From Entomortierella parvispora E1425 (lineage: Eukaryota; Fungi; Mortierellomycota): DNA of 64,000 nt. A program made the position numbers and the translations under genes. The number at the start of each line of letters is the position of its first letter. Position 1 is the first letter of the stretch. A model generated the notes under the pieces. The model ran no database searches. It was given only the letters and a program-made list of their open reading frames with translations, and was not told the DNA's origin. The DNA lies in NCBI GenBank assembly GCA_020891255.1, contig BQFW01000008.1, positions 1,984,001 to 2,048,000 on the forward strand, written 5' to 3'. This document shows, in pieces, positions 49,122-61,252 of this stretch.

Positions 49122-50265
49122 CTAGCCAGATATTTCAGTCAGGGCAATAAGTCGTTCATGAGAAAACCTCTCGGGGTGCTTATGGAAGTCGTGGAGAAGG
49201 CTGATTTTCTCAGGATGGTCTGAAACATAGTACTGTTGCAGACCAAAAGTTAAGATCTGTGCCTGATCAACTGTTAAGACCTTGGGGTTGGTCGTAACGG
49301 ATCCATTCATGAGCACAATTCCCTTATCGTCGATGAGCTCGGGGTAATGCGTCAGAGTAAGATACGGTCGAGCGTTTTCGCCATGGGTCTTGTACTCTAA
49401 GAGTGACGTGAAGATCACTTGGTGGAACGAGAACTGGAGGAGGTAAAACTCAACACCATCGCCATGAGAAAGTGGGAGAAGGAACTGAAAGGGATTTAAG
49501 CGTCACCCGAAGAAAAAAAAATCAGTACAAGTGTGCAAAGAGCATTCCGGGGTAAAAGCATGGAGATCTGAACTCACGAGAGGGTATTCCTTGGATCGCT
49601 TTAGCATCTTTTTATAGGTCTCGCCAGGGACAACAGCCGAGATCGTATCTTCCTGGTCAAGATGTTTTTGAATCCAGATCTTTCCAATGGACTCGGCATC
49701 CAGATCTTTGATCAAATCCAACTTCACGATCTTGTCCAAGGACTATACCAAGCAAACGTCTATCAGTAAAATGGCCATAAATGAGCTCCGTAGCCAACGC
49801 AGCTTGACAGTGACCTACTGGATTGGATCCTGACTCGGACGGCTTTACCGCCTGGGCCGGTTGTTTTGATGCGCTATCCTTTGTCTTGCCTACTTGTTCG
49901 GTCTTCACAGGAGCCGCCGAAGGCAAAGGCTTTTTGAAAGCAGTTTGAGTAGCAGGCAGGATCTTGGCCTTTAGCTCTTCCACAGTTTTGACGCCCTCCC
50001 TATTGTTGAAGAATGACGATGATGTTCATGTAAATGGAGGGTGCAAGGAAGCGAATTCATTTGTTCCTGTCCTGCAAGTTCTTATTTACTGTTGAGCTCT
50101 TTGCTTCAGTTTCTCCGCATATTTCTGAGTGTAATCGACATGTTTTGATCGAACAAAGATGCGGGATTGAGCACCGAATTTAAAAGGAGTGGTTGGTGCA
50201 ATGCGTGCCGACGCAAAGGATGTGATGCGCGAGGCTGTGAGGAACGAACGGAAGGAGGCTGCCAT
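49122..50265 (-). CDS. ATP11: Mitochondrial F1-ATPase assembly factor Atp11; 4 exons
   Basis: R/S-rich presequence, KYAEKLKQRA, LDKIVKLDLI…IGKIW, FLLPL…EFYLLQF, TSLLEYKTHGENARPYLTLTHYPEL. Confidence 0.9.
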
Positions 50266-50463
50266 GGCGTGGGAGTTGAGGAATGAGCTCCCTCCCCTCC
50301 CCTTCGCTGCAGTCTCTTTCAACGATTTGGATCTGACAGTCACTGTTTTCGATTGCGCATGCAAGCAAGCCACCTTCGCGAACGCGCATGGTGCAGTGAA
50401 CGGTTCCGAAGTTTACATTCTTCTTTTGGTTACACATCGCTCCCAGCATCTAGTCCCTTCGAA

Positions 50464-51099
50464 ATGGCAAGCCCATCTTCCTTCTTCGCATCGGGCATCT
50501 TGGCTCGGTCTCTCAGAGTCAGTGCTCAGAAAGTAGTACCTTCATTTCCACGCCCACAACTTCGGCCTTATACCTCCGGTCCTTCAGCAGCACCCTCCTC
50601 AAAGTTCACCTCCAACCCGGCCTTCAAAAGCACATCCTCCCTTAACCAATCCCGCCATAGCCCTGCCTTCGAATCCCAGACCACATCGCTCCCCTCTGTG
50701 AGAAACCGGACACCTCTATACATTTTACTGGGCCTCCTTGGTGTTTCTTTCTGGGCTGGATCTGTCGCCGTAGCTGCTAACCATCAGCGCCAGGGCACGA
50801 GCATCGTTCGAGGTACCTTATTCAACGTCAAATTTGATACCAAGGCTCAAGAACTACTGGGCGATGATATTGATTTTACCAACAAAGGTTGGCCCTGGAT
50901 CTCTGGAACTGTGGCTCACTTGAAAGGTCGTGTGGATATTGAGTTTCAAGTCAAGGGTGATAAGGCCGAGGGTCGAGTTCACTTTGTGGCCGTGAGACCT
51001 GCCAAGCAGTGGATCACAACTGACTTTACACTGACGATGCCGGACGGAACGTGCGTAGCTCTCGGGGAACACACCTTGCTCCCAGAACTGAACCTCTGA
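50464..51099 (+). CDS. COA1: Cytochrome c oxidase assembly factor Coa1; single exon
   Basis: Presequence-like N-terminus, one TM, then NHQRQGTSIVRGTLF…LGDDIDF…PWISGTVAHLKGRVDIEFQVKG. Confidence 0.8.
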   Translation: MASPSSFFASGILARSLRVSAQKVVPSFPRPQLRPYTSGPSAAPSSKFTSNPAFKSTSSLNQSRHSPAFESQTTSLPSVRNRTPLYILLGLLGVSFWAGSVAVAANHQRQGTSIVRGTLFNVKFDTKAQELLGDDIDFTNKGWPWISGTVAHLKGRVDIEFQVKGDKAEGRVHFVAVRPAKQWITTDFTLTMPDGTCVALGEHTLLPELNL

Positions 51100-52370
51100 G
51101 AATAAAAAGAGTAGCAGCTGTACTATATTATTGCAAGCTCCAGGTCAAACGTTATATCGAATTACCAGGGGTACATCAAACTCGAGCCCCTGACCAAACT
51201 GTTCAGGTTGGTAAAAGTTGCCTGACATACGACTCAGACTCACTCGAGTGGAAATCATCAATGCCCTGAATCCCCCTGAGATCGTTGTAACGGTCAGTCG
51301 GTATCTACCACTTTGGGATCAAAGTCAAGAGGCTTGGCTTTTATGGCTTTGACCCGACCATGCTCCTCTGCTGTTCCCGTGTCAACTAGACCTAGTGCGA
51401 AGACATTATTTGGTATGTCTAGCAGCGGATCGGTGATGCGTTTTGTTCCGAGGACTGTTATCGTCAAGAGCAGCCGCCACTTTCGGGTATTTCTCAAAGA
51501 TCGATCCTTTCAGGCCCGTTTGAATGCTGCCACCCTAAAGAATTGGTGGGGTCAGGCCTTGCACTTAAAAATGTCAACGCACAATCACTCACATATCTGT
51601 CCTGGAAGAGGCTATCGTCGCCCTCCCCAATGTTTTCCGCCATGCTGAAAAGGCTGGACTGCTCGTTATTGCTAAGGATGGTATCCAATCTTCAGAATCT
51701 CAGTCTTTCACACTGGAAGTACCCATCGTAGACTTTTTTCACTTGCGCACAGTAGGTATGGAATTATTAATAACACTTCGGATTGTGCAAGTGCACAACG
51801 CACCCGAGAGCAAGTGTTTCTTAAGGCTGGTGGAAGGGTTGGGGGGGGGGGTCGCCCTATTCTTCGCCGCCGTTCCTGAGTGCAAGGCGACTGTTATTTG
51901 ATCAAGTTCGCAAGTTGAAAAAGCTGCATATGATCGGTCTGAACCATGATGTCCCCTACGAGGTAACAAACCTTGCATCGCCACCCCCAGCTCAATTGTC
52001 AAGCTCCAGTCCGTGAAAAGACATTCTCGGACTCTGGGTCAACTCAAAATAAATTACAAAAAGATGTCACGTGTCGCCAGCTTGACCTTTGCGAACTCCT
52101 TGCCTCGAATTCGTTGCTCCATCCTCTTTCCATTCCCTGCTCATCAAACCTGTCGCTATCCATCCACATTCACGACCGTGGATTCCACGACTATTATCGA
52201 GTCTGACTTACTTTATCACCTTAGTTATCATCACGTTGTACGACTCAATTCTACTCAACTCTACTTGACACCCTTTCCACACTTCCCCCTCACGCCCTAT
52301 CACAGTGTTTTCGCTGTTAGAAGAACCCGGTTGATTTGCACTTTGTCGTGCGTTGGCAGGCACTCTTCAG

Positions 52371-55300
52371 ATGCACTACAGAGGTCAGACCACTGACAAG
52401 GGACCTTCTGCCTCTCCTCCTTTAAACGAAGACTACCTGTCGACATATAAACGCCGCAAAATAACGCATGCTTGTGACTATTGTCGGATCAAACGGACGA
52501 AGTGCGGTAAGAGCGCATGGCTTACTTATATTTGTTAAATTTTGAGTCCCCGAATTCGAAATCGAATCATTTTCCTTTCTGTGTGCCTGATGGCCCCAGT
52601 TGCTCTTTTTCTCTCTCTTTCTCTTCAGCTCACTACCGCCGACGTTCCGCTGTTTTGTATACTGACCTTGCAATACTTACTATTAGATAGCGTTAAGCCT
52701 CAGTGCTCTCAGTGCCTCAAAGCCAATGTTGCCTGTACCTTTCTTATTCGTCACAAGAAGCGAGGACCAATACCCCGTGACCCATATGAGCTGCGGCGTA
52801 TGTCTGACGGTGACCTTGTACAAGATCATGGACAAATACATAGGCCTGCCGTAACCGCACAGTCCCGGGACAGATCTCCAATAGAACACCCAAGTGTAGC
52901 GGCGCTCGACCAAATCGGAAAGGCGCAAACAACCTGGACATCGCGACTGGAATCAATGTTGGAGCCGTCGCCACTCGAAACTGCATCTGTTTCACCTCCG
53001 CTCAGACAGTACTCGATCCAAGTCGACACGCCCTGCAAGGAGGTTTCGGACCACCTCATTGAGATGTTTTTTCTCCACTGTTACCAAGACTTCGAGTTCT
53101 TGGACCCACAAGCATTCCTGGATGAGTACTCAAGGGGAATGGCCAGTCCGATTCTACTTAATGCTATGTTTGCTGTCGCTGCCCGATTTTCGGACCATCC
53201 TCAGGTCGCTAGGACTCCACAATACCTTTCCGGAGAGCCTTTCGCCAAATACGTCAGGGGTAGAATCATGGAGTTGATTGACGAGGCCTCCCTCGATCAC
53301 TTTCATGCTCTTTTATTGATGTCTTTTTTCGAATACACTACCTCACGTGGGGCAAGAGGCTGGAGATTTGAGGGACTGGCATGCAGGATGTCACTTGAGC
53401 TGCTATTACACCTCCAGACATCCATTCCTCGTTCAGAGGCGGACCGAGTGGCCCTGGAGGTCAAGTATCGGTCGTTTTATTCTGTTTTGCTCTCCGACAT
53501 CATATCTGCGGCCAATGCTGGGATGCCTCCTGTACTTGTGTCCAAGCATTACAAGTTCAACATCCCGGAACCGGCTATAGACTGGTGGGTTTATCAGCAG
53601 CCCGATCATCGGCCAGAAAGGGACACTAGCGATCGGGAAGAGGTTGAAGAAGGCAAAGTAAACTCGCCTACTTTGCAGGACTACAATCGTGAAGGGATAC
53701 TCCATCGACTACGTGAACCTAGGAGATTTAGAGGCTATGGACCTGCGCAATACGTATTCAAACTTGCAGAGATCCTGTCTAGAGTGTCTGGATATATTAA
53801 TGGATATACCTTGGATTCTGACAAGCGGCCGAATGACCCTGATTCTGAATTCTCCATTTTGAACGATGATCTTTCAAGCTGGCTTGAAAGCATCCCGCAT
53901 GACCTGTCGCCTTCATGCTCTCCAGACAAGGTCTTTTCAGTCAACTCAAACTCGACCTTCATGGCCTTGACGTACTACATGACTGTGGTTCTTCTGCATC
54001 GGCCCATATTGGCACTCGAGGAACTTATTGATGAGCCTTTTTTCCACCGCTCGTTTACTAAGTGCACAGATGTAGCGACTAAGGCATCTCAGATTATACA
54101 TCAGTTTGATGCGGACACTATTAAGTATCGTGGGCATACGTTTGCCTTTGCAGTTTTTACTACAGCCACGATGTATGAACCGGAAGTGTGTCTGTTTATA
54201 AGGTGACATTATTATTTTATAGCATACTGAAAGTATTTTTTCTCCCCACCCTGTAGCCACGTTACAAATGCGTTCTCAACAAACGAAGAACTTGCGCGCA
54301 GTGCGAAGCAATGTCTTAATTACCATCTGACCTTTATGAAGGAGGCAAATCCGTATTGTGCCATGGCTGGACGATTCTACTACGTAATCCAGGATTTATA
54401 CTCAATGCAAGGCAAATTACACGCCACTGTTACTCCGCCAGTCTCACGGAAAGAACGGCACGTTGAGGCCATTGAATTGGTGAGCGAAGGTCATGTAGCT
54501 GTTGATCAAGATCGCGAAATGGACTTCGTCGCCGAATCAATCCATACACCTGATCCGCCCTGCCGGGTATCTCCGATGTCGAATTCATCTGTATCGCCTT
54601 CCATATCTTCAACATCAACAACTTCAGGGCGGAGTAGAGTCTTGCCTGTTAGCTCCTTGCTGAAAAGTGATTCTGGGCTAGTAGGCTTGTGGAAGAGGGT
54701 GGATGAGATGCAAGCTCTTGACACAGCAGCACATTCATTGCGGCAGTTATCGCTAAGGAGTCCACAAATATCTCCCCCAATTTCAACAAGAGCTTTACAT
54801 GAGGCGACACCTGTAGCAACTCCTGTAGTGTCGCCTATAGCCTCGCCGACATTGGAGGAGTCAGTTGAATTTCGTGGGGGTTTGGATGTGAGGACGCCCG
54901 GTGAAGGCCCTGCGATGCCAGAAATAATCACTTCAGAGGTCACCGACCGCGATAACGTGGAAGGCATTACTTTCAACACATTTGCAGGCGTCACATCCCT
55001 CCCAACCTTGAACGATTCATCTGAAGTGTTTGAAATGACTGAACGCCAGACTGCGGACAGGAAATATACCCTTAGCAGCATTAACTTAACTATGGGCGAA
55101 CGACTCTTACCGACAGAAACTCCACCTCAGGAAAACCTGGACAAGCAAAATATTCTACTTGGTCGGCCATGTGCCTCGCAAGGCAGGACCCACGATGGCA
55201 TCCAGCGAAATGACTCTAACACCGTGAACCAAAGCAGGATCACTGGCTCTACGATGAGTAACTCAATGGTGGTGGTAGAGAGTAGAGTCACTAATGGTGC

Positions 55301-56960
55301 CGATGCCGACAGAAGTGGCATTGACTTGAATGATATATCAGACCTTAAATCATCTTCCTGCTTGCTGCCATCCGCATTGCCCATGAATAAATCCGATGCA
55401 GAGAAGGCCAGTGCTGAGGAGAAAGACCAGGGCGATACCACCAGACGACACCTCAGCACCGCTGCAGCATCCTGTCTTAGCGACAAGGGCTTGAAGAACG
55501 AGCTCAATGATGTTTTAGCTAGGACTGATGCGGCTTTTCAAGAAGTCACCAAAAGTGGTGTTGGAGACAAGTCTAGCAGGGATCTCCGTCGTCGGCCATA
55601 CCCTCCGGACCGGAAGCCAAACCGAGGTGGGCAAGGTCGACCCTCCCAAGTTCGCGGACGACATCATCAGCACCACGAGGGACCTCGCCTTGACTTGCTC
55701 CCAGATAATTTCCAAGCTTATACGCCTTCTGGACTATCCGGGTACGAACGCTTTGATGATATTGATTCAGGTCTACCGCCCAAAGAGAAGCGATGGTCAA
55801 GTAAAATCGGAATGATTTTTCAATACCAGCGCCAAGTCATGTCCACTCGGTTCCAACATGCCACATCCCACTCTCCAGAGTCGAGAAGTACCGCATATAT
55901 TGCCCAAGCACCAGTCTCAGGTCTCGGTCTTAATATTACCTCGGCTGCTATGGCAGCTCCTTCTCGACCGGAAAGCGAGGAGGGTCGTCGATCTCTACGT
56001 ACAGAGTCTGCTCCAGCGCGTGATAGCTTTCGTTCTCCCCCAAGTCCACTATGGCATCAAGGATCAGACTTGATGGCGAGCTCAACAAGGACGCATCCGC
56101 AGCAAGATGAGGCTAATTACCCTGATATGGGTTACGGAAACCATGCTGAATCAAGAGGTAACCCGGATTTGATTCCTTTTCCGAGCTTGCCAGTCAGCCG
56201 TACAAGATCGTTGCAGTATGATGGCACATTTTCAAATCAGCATAACGCTAAGTTCAGCTTGTATGCCTCCGACCACAGTTCGACGCGAGGGTCCGCCAAG
56301 CTACCACATCGCAACGAGAACCTTTCACAACCAGACCAGCCAGAAGGACATTACGGATCTCTTTGGGAACAGAGGATAGTTGATGATAAAAACACGCTGG
56401 AAGGGAGTGGTTTTGGATTCTCAAGATTCGACGGAAGGGAGCAACTCTCTTTTGACCCTTTGAATCCCTATTCTCAGTTCGTACGACAGCCAGAATCGCC
56501 CAATCGTCGTCAGCAGCAGCCCCGTGAAGGATATTCCGTACAAGATCGAGAGCGAGTATTTGTGCCCCCTCTACCCCCACCCCCACCACTGCATATGCTA
56601 AGATCAATGCCCCTGCCCCCGCCTCTGCCCTTGTTCCAAAGGAGTGGCGATTCAGCCGTGCTGGAGAACTTACAGCCCGAGAATCATAGTCCATGGAGTC
56701 CCAGCAGAGAGCCGGTCTCCCCTTCACCGGCAGTGACAACGATGTCAAGCCGGCATAGATTCGAACAAGGGCACTCTGAACAGCATCGACATCCACAGCC
56801 TCTTCCACTCGGGTTACCTAATCGCCACCCATTCCCCACCCAAGAACATGAAAAGTACGATACTCGTGATCGTTCTCAGCCCCCGCAAGGCTGGCGGCAT
56901 CAGTACCAGCAGCAGCAGCAGCAGCAGCACCAACCCCAACAACCATCACCACAACCATAG
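52371..56960 (+). CDS. Zn(II)2Cys6 transcription factor with fungal-specific middle homology region, about 1441 aa. Exons 52371-52506, 52687-54172, 54257-56960
   Basis: Spliced ACDYCRIKRTKC|DSVKPQCSQCLKANVACTF binuclear cluster; LLNAMFAVAARFS…HALLLMSFFE…ACRMSLEL…LH Fungal_trans pattern. Start codon is uncertain. Confidence 0.9.
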
Positions 56961-57030
56961 CCATAACCATAGCCATAGCCATAGCCATAGCCACAGCCAC
57001 AGCCACAGCCACAGCCACAGCCACAGCCAC
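56943..57030 (+). repeat. (AGCCAT)n to (AGCCAC)n hexamer microsatellite at the TF stop codon
   Basis: About 12 units seen directly, grading from AGCCAT to AGCCAC. Confidence 0.9.
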
Positions 57031-57397
57031 CGATAGAAGCAGGCGCAGAAAGACAGACAGGCAGACAGGCAAGACTTAAGTTTTTTAAAAAAAAAAAATG
57101 GCTGGCTTAATTTTCTTCCCGATGCAGGGACAGTCCCCACTTTTTGTGGACCAGTTGTTTTACAGCTGCTCCGAGGCGCAATATGAGTGGGCCCGAAGGT
57201 CGCACAAGGCGGAGCGGAGTTTGGACGGCTCAAGAGCGGGAGGAAAAAAAGTGGGTCACTTTCGCTGTGGACCCACTTTTGCTGTTGGATGGACTGGGGC
57301 CATGCAACGTGAGTGAGGGTGAGCAGGGGCAGGAACACAGACAGACAGGCGCATCATCCACATCCACAGACATCGCACACACGATTGGAGAGGTGCA

Positions 57398-57428
57398 CAA
57401 ACAAACAAACAAACAAACAAACAAACAA
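57398..57428 (+). repeat. (AAAC)n microsatellite
   Basis: About 7 units seen directly. Confidence 0.85.
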
Positions 57429-57836
57429 AATAAACAGCTGGCAGGCAGGTTGGCTGAAAGGCCAAGCAGGGCAACAACTTCCCGGAGGTGGCAACCACCC
57501 CACTCTCCACTCTCACCGTCCTGTCGTCCATCCCACCATCCCAACCATCATCCCTTCTCTTCCCCACACTTTTTTTTTTTGACCTTCACTCCATGTAACT
57601 CTCTTCCCCACTTTTTCTCCGGTCCTCCTTTGCCACGCCTTTTGCCTTCCTCATTTCCATCTTCAGTGCCTGACCCCACCCCCTTCTTTTCTTCCCAATC
57701 GGCTCTCTCCATTGGCATTGCACTCTCGTCTTGCACTCTTTACAACTGTGCCTCACATTCGACTCTCATTCCCCTCTGCACAAGGCACACATTCCCACTC
57801 TCTCTATCACACTCTCTGTAGAAACACACTGTCTCC

Positions 57837-60800
57837 ATGGATATATCTCTATCAGCAACGACTAATGGCACAGCCACAGCGCCGTCTGCCTCATCCATAC
57901 CGAACAATGTTCCTAATCAATCCAATCCCCTGTCGCTCGCTCCATACTCTCTCCCTCGGCCTCCGACCCCCCCTCCCAATGGCGAAGCACCTAAACCCTT
58001 TCAGTGCCACCAAACGGACGCGCCTGAACGACCATACCAATGTCCTGTCTGTCCTAAATCCTTCTATCGCCTTGAACATTCAAACCGACACATCCGGACC
58101 CACACAGGAGAAAAGGCCCATGCGTGCAAACATCCTGGTTGTACAAAGAGGTTCTCCCGCAGTGATGAGCTCACTCGTCATTCGCGCATCCACACAAGCG
58201 TCAAAGGGTCTTCGGGACTTCGTGCCTCAAGTGCGAAGGCTCAATCGTCTGGCACCACTGAACCCGCCTCACTAACTGGACAGGACGAATCAAATGACTC
58301 TCTCCAGTCAATGTTGACGACCTCTTCTGCGGCCAGCAATCAGACAATATCTGTGCAGCCATCTTCCGCAATATCAAACTCCAGTATACCAGTGACAAAT
58401 GGCTCCGAAGCTGCACACCCCCCATCCAACTCCATACCCCGAAGCGATTTGCTCGCAGAATCGTCCTCAACTTTCGTCACAATGCCTAGTATACCATTGC
58501 CTGACACTACTCAAAGTTCCACAGAAACGGGGGCACCTGGATTCACACTTTTGTCCAATGGCCATTCTAAGGATGTTGGTTCTAGCAATAATGGGAATAA
58601 AAATGGTGGCAGCGGTGATGATGGTGGTGGCAACAATGGCGGCAACAGAACAGGTACGCCTTCTGAGCAGTGCATGTTTGCTTGTATCAATCACTCTTCA
58701 AACTAACCAGTTGTTGCTTTCAGTAGGCCTCAATCTGTCGCAAGGACAGTCACGAGCAAAGCAGAGCACAAAAGACCCACAGGACCCGCAGGAAGACGAA
58801 CAGGGAGAAGGGGAAGGCGACAGTGGTGAGGAGCCTAGTCGACCAAAAAAGTCGCATCACTGCCCCTGGCCAAACTGCCACAAGACATTCACGCGTTCAG
58901 CCCACTTAGCTCGCCATGTCCGTTCTCATGGTGGCGAACGACCGTACGCTTGTCCCCAAGAAGGTTGTGGCAAACATTTTTCAAGATCAGACGTGCTCAA
59001 AGAGCACATCAGGATCCATGATGCCAACAAAGTACGGAAACGAAAAATCAAACCGCAGGACCAGGCCTCGACAGAGGGCGGCAGTAGTTCGACAAAAAGC
59101 AAGAAATTTAAAAAGAATGCAACTGACTCCGGTGTTGCCCTGCAGACTGATGGAAAGCTTGGAGAGACTGGAGATAACTACGATGATACAGAAAGTCGTG
59201 GAGGCGATGGGTATGAAGTTTCAAGATCGCCATCCGTAACACAGTCCACAGGATCAATGCCGCCGCCAACAATACCGATGCCTGTATCGCAGTCGCAATC
59301 TCTTCTATTGCCCAATCAAGGATCTTTTGCTAACGGTCGAGCGTATCCTGGCCTGTTTGCAGGCCACCATCGACACCCCAATAACGGGTTTCAGCACCCA
59401 TCTCGACATACCTCCGCCCACGGTCTGCACCAAAACACCTCCATGTCTCGCGCCAATTTCGTCCCACATAATAATCTAAATGGGATCGGCGGTCATCCAT
59501 ACGCGGCGGGAAATATGGTTTACGGGGGGCCAAGTCTGGCACAGCACCGCCATCGTCAGCAGCAACTCCAGTTTCAACAGTTCCATCAGCAGCAACAATA
59601 CCATTCCTCTGCCGGGTCCTTTTACATACCTTTATACGATACTGGAGATGAAGATATAGACATGGCAATGGATTTCGATATAGAAATGATGGGGGTTGGT
59701 AGTCTGGATCCCCATGGTCGCATGCGCTGGCTCCCCGAAGTGTCGCCTGGGATGTCGCCGCCAGCTACGCTCCAACTGCCAATTTCCGGAAGCGCTGCTG
59801 CTCCTCCTATGTCTGCCATGGACAGGCGGCAGCGAATGGACTCTATGGCATCAATGGCTAGCGATATTGCAGGTTGGAGTGACGAGGATATGATGGCTGG
59901 AGGCGATCATCTTCACGGCTTCAATGTAGGAGGCGACCCATATATGATGCATCTCGATCCCCAAATACCGTTCAGCGGCAGCATGGAGGACTCTCCCTAT
60001 TCCTTTGACGAGAGTGGCAACATGTTTCCAATTCTTGATCACAATAGTGCAGCCTTGAACATTGGCGACGGAGACGACTTTGATGATGGTTTTTCATATC
60101 CTCAGGACCCGTACTATGCGCAGCACCAACGGACTTTACAACCGCTTCGACAACTCTCACAACCCTCCCGTAATTTTTCACAACAGCACCAACAACAACG
60201 ACTTCAGCAGCAACTGTTACTGCAACAACGACAGCGGCAGCAGTTACAGCAACAACAACAACAACAACAACTGCAGCAGCTACCACCGCAGCAGCAACTA
60301 CAACAACAATCACAGCGGCTGCCTTCTTTGCATGAGAGAGAGGTCTCAATGACGGCCATCTCCACATACTCCAGCTCTCCTACCATGACGGACCCTGTAG
60401 AGGATCCCATGCCTGAAATACCCACTGCTATTCCGTCATCCACTCATGAATCAACAGCTGGGACCTCTGTTGTCTCCACTGCCGCCAATAATGGAACTAC
60501 AGCGACGGCTAAGGCCTCCGAGGACGCCGTTGCCAAAGAGTCAATCACTGCCGCTTCCACTGCCACTACCTCATTAGTTGGCGGTCCCAGCGGAGGTACT
60601 CAAATCAACAATGTGTTCGATCTTGATGAGCTTGATGCCATTGAGGCTGACCTTTTGTTTGCACAGCGGGATTGGGGTTCTGCCCCTGATGAATACCAAG
60701 AGCCGCCTTTTGGATTCTTCCCAGGAGAATCTCCAAGATTGGCCTTAACTTATATCCCCCCCCCTCCCCCACCAGTGCCCCCTCCAAGACGCCATCTGGG

Positions 60801-60858
60801 ACTTCCACGGGTGGCTGCAAACAGGAGCGTTGTAACAACACTTTCGATGTATCCATAG
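57837..60858 (+). CDS. C2H2 transcription factor with a CreA/Mig1-type finger pair and a second finger pair, about 982 aa. Exons 57837-58653 and 58727-60858
   Basis: [55 protein letters not shown], then after intron 58654-58726 [54 protein letters not shown]. PolyQ and acidic C-terminus. Confidence 0.9.
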
Positions 60859-61252
60859 AACCGGCGTTTATAAATATTGTATTTTTAATTTTGTTGCTGG
60901 TGCGATTGTCGTTGCCGTTATCTTGTTTACTGATATTTCATCCGGGCCAGCGCTATAGTTTCCCCGCAGCATCAGCTTAAGGCTGGTATAAACGCAGACG
61001 CTGGTCATCGCATTTTTGTAGACTCTAGAAAGGTGTAGACGGAAAATAATAGAAGCGACCTCCGATAATCTCTTGAAGAGTGGATGAACCACCTAAATAA
61101 CTCGAATGATTAGGCTCTGAGAAGCAGAGGTCTTCTTCCCACTCTTAAGTCTATCCACACATACTACAAGGAATATTCACTTCCGATACAAAAGCCATCT
61201 GAAGATGAGGCTTTCACCGCACTGCCTTCGCACCGAGATTTATTGACTTCAT

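Noticed and set aside
51200-52060. Possible minus-strand gene fragments (51294-51497, 51494-51688) with a GTGAGT…TTTAG intron-like segment
   Set aside because: No consistent spliced frame with a start codon and no recognisable motif.
57040-57836. CreA autoregulatory SYGGRG sites upstream of the C2H2 gene
   Set aside because: Several matches exist, but this degenerate hexamer is expected frequently in C-rich promoter sequence.
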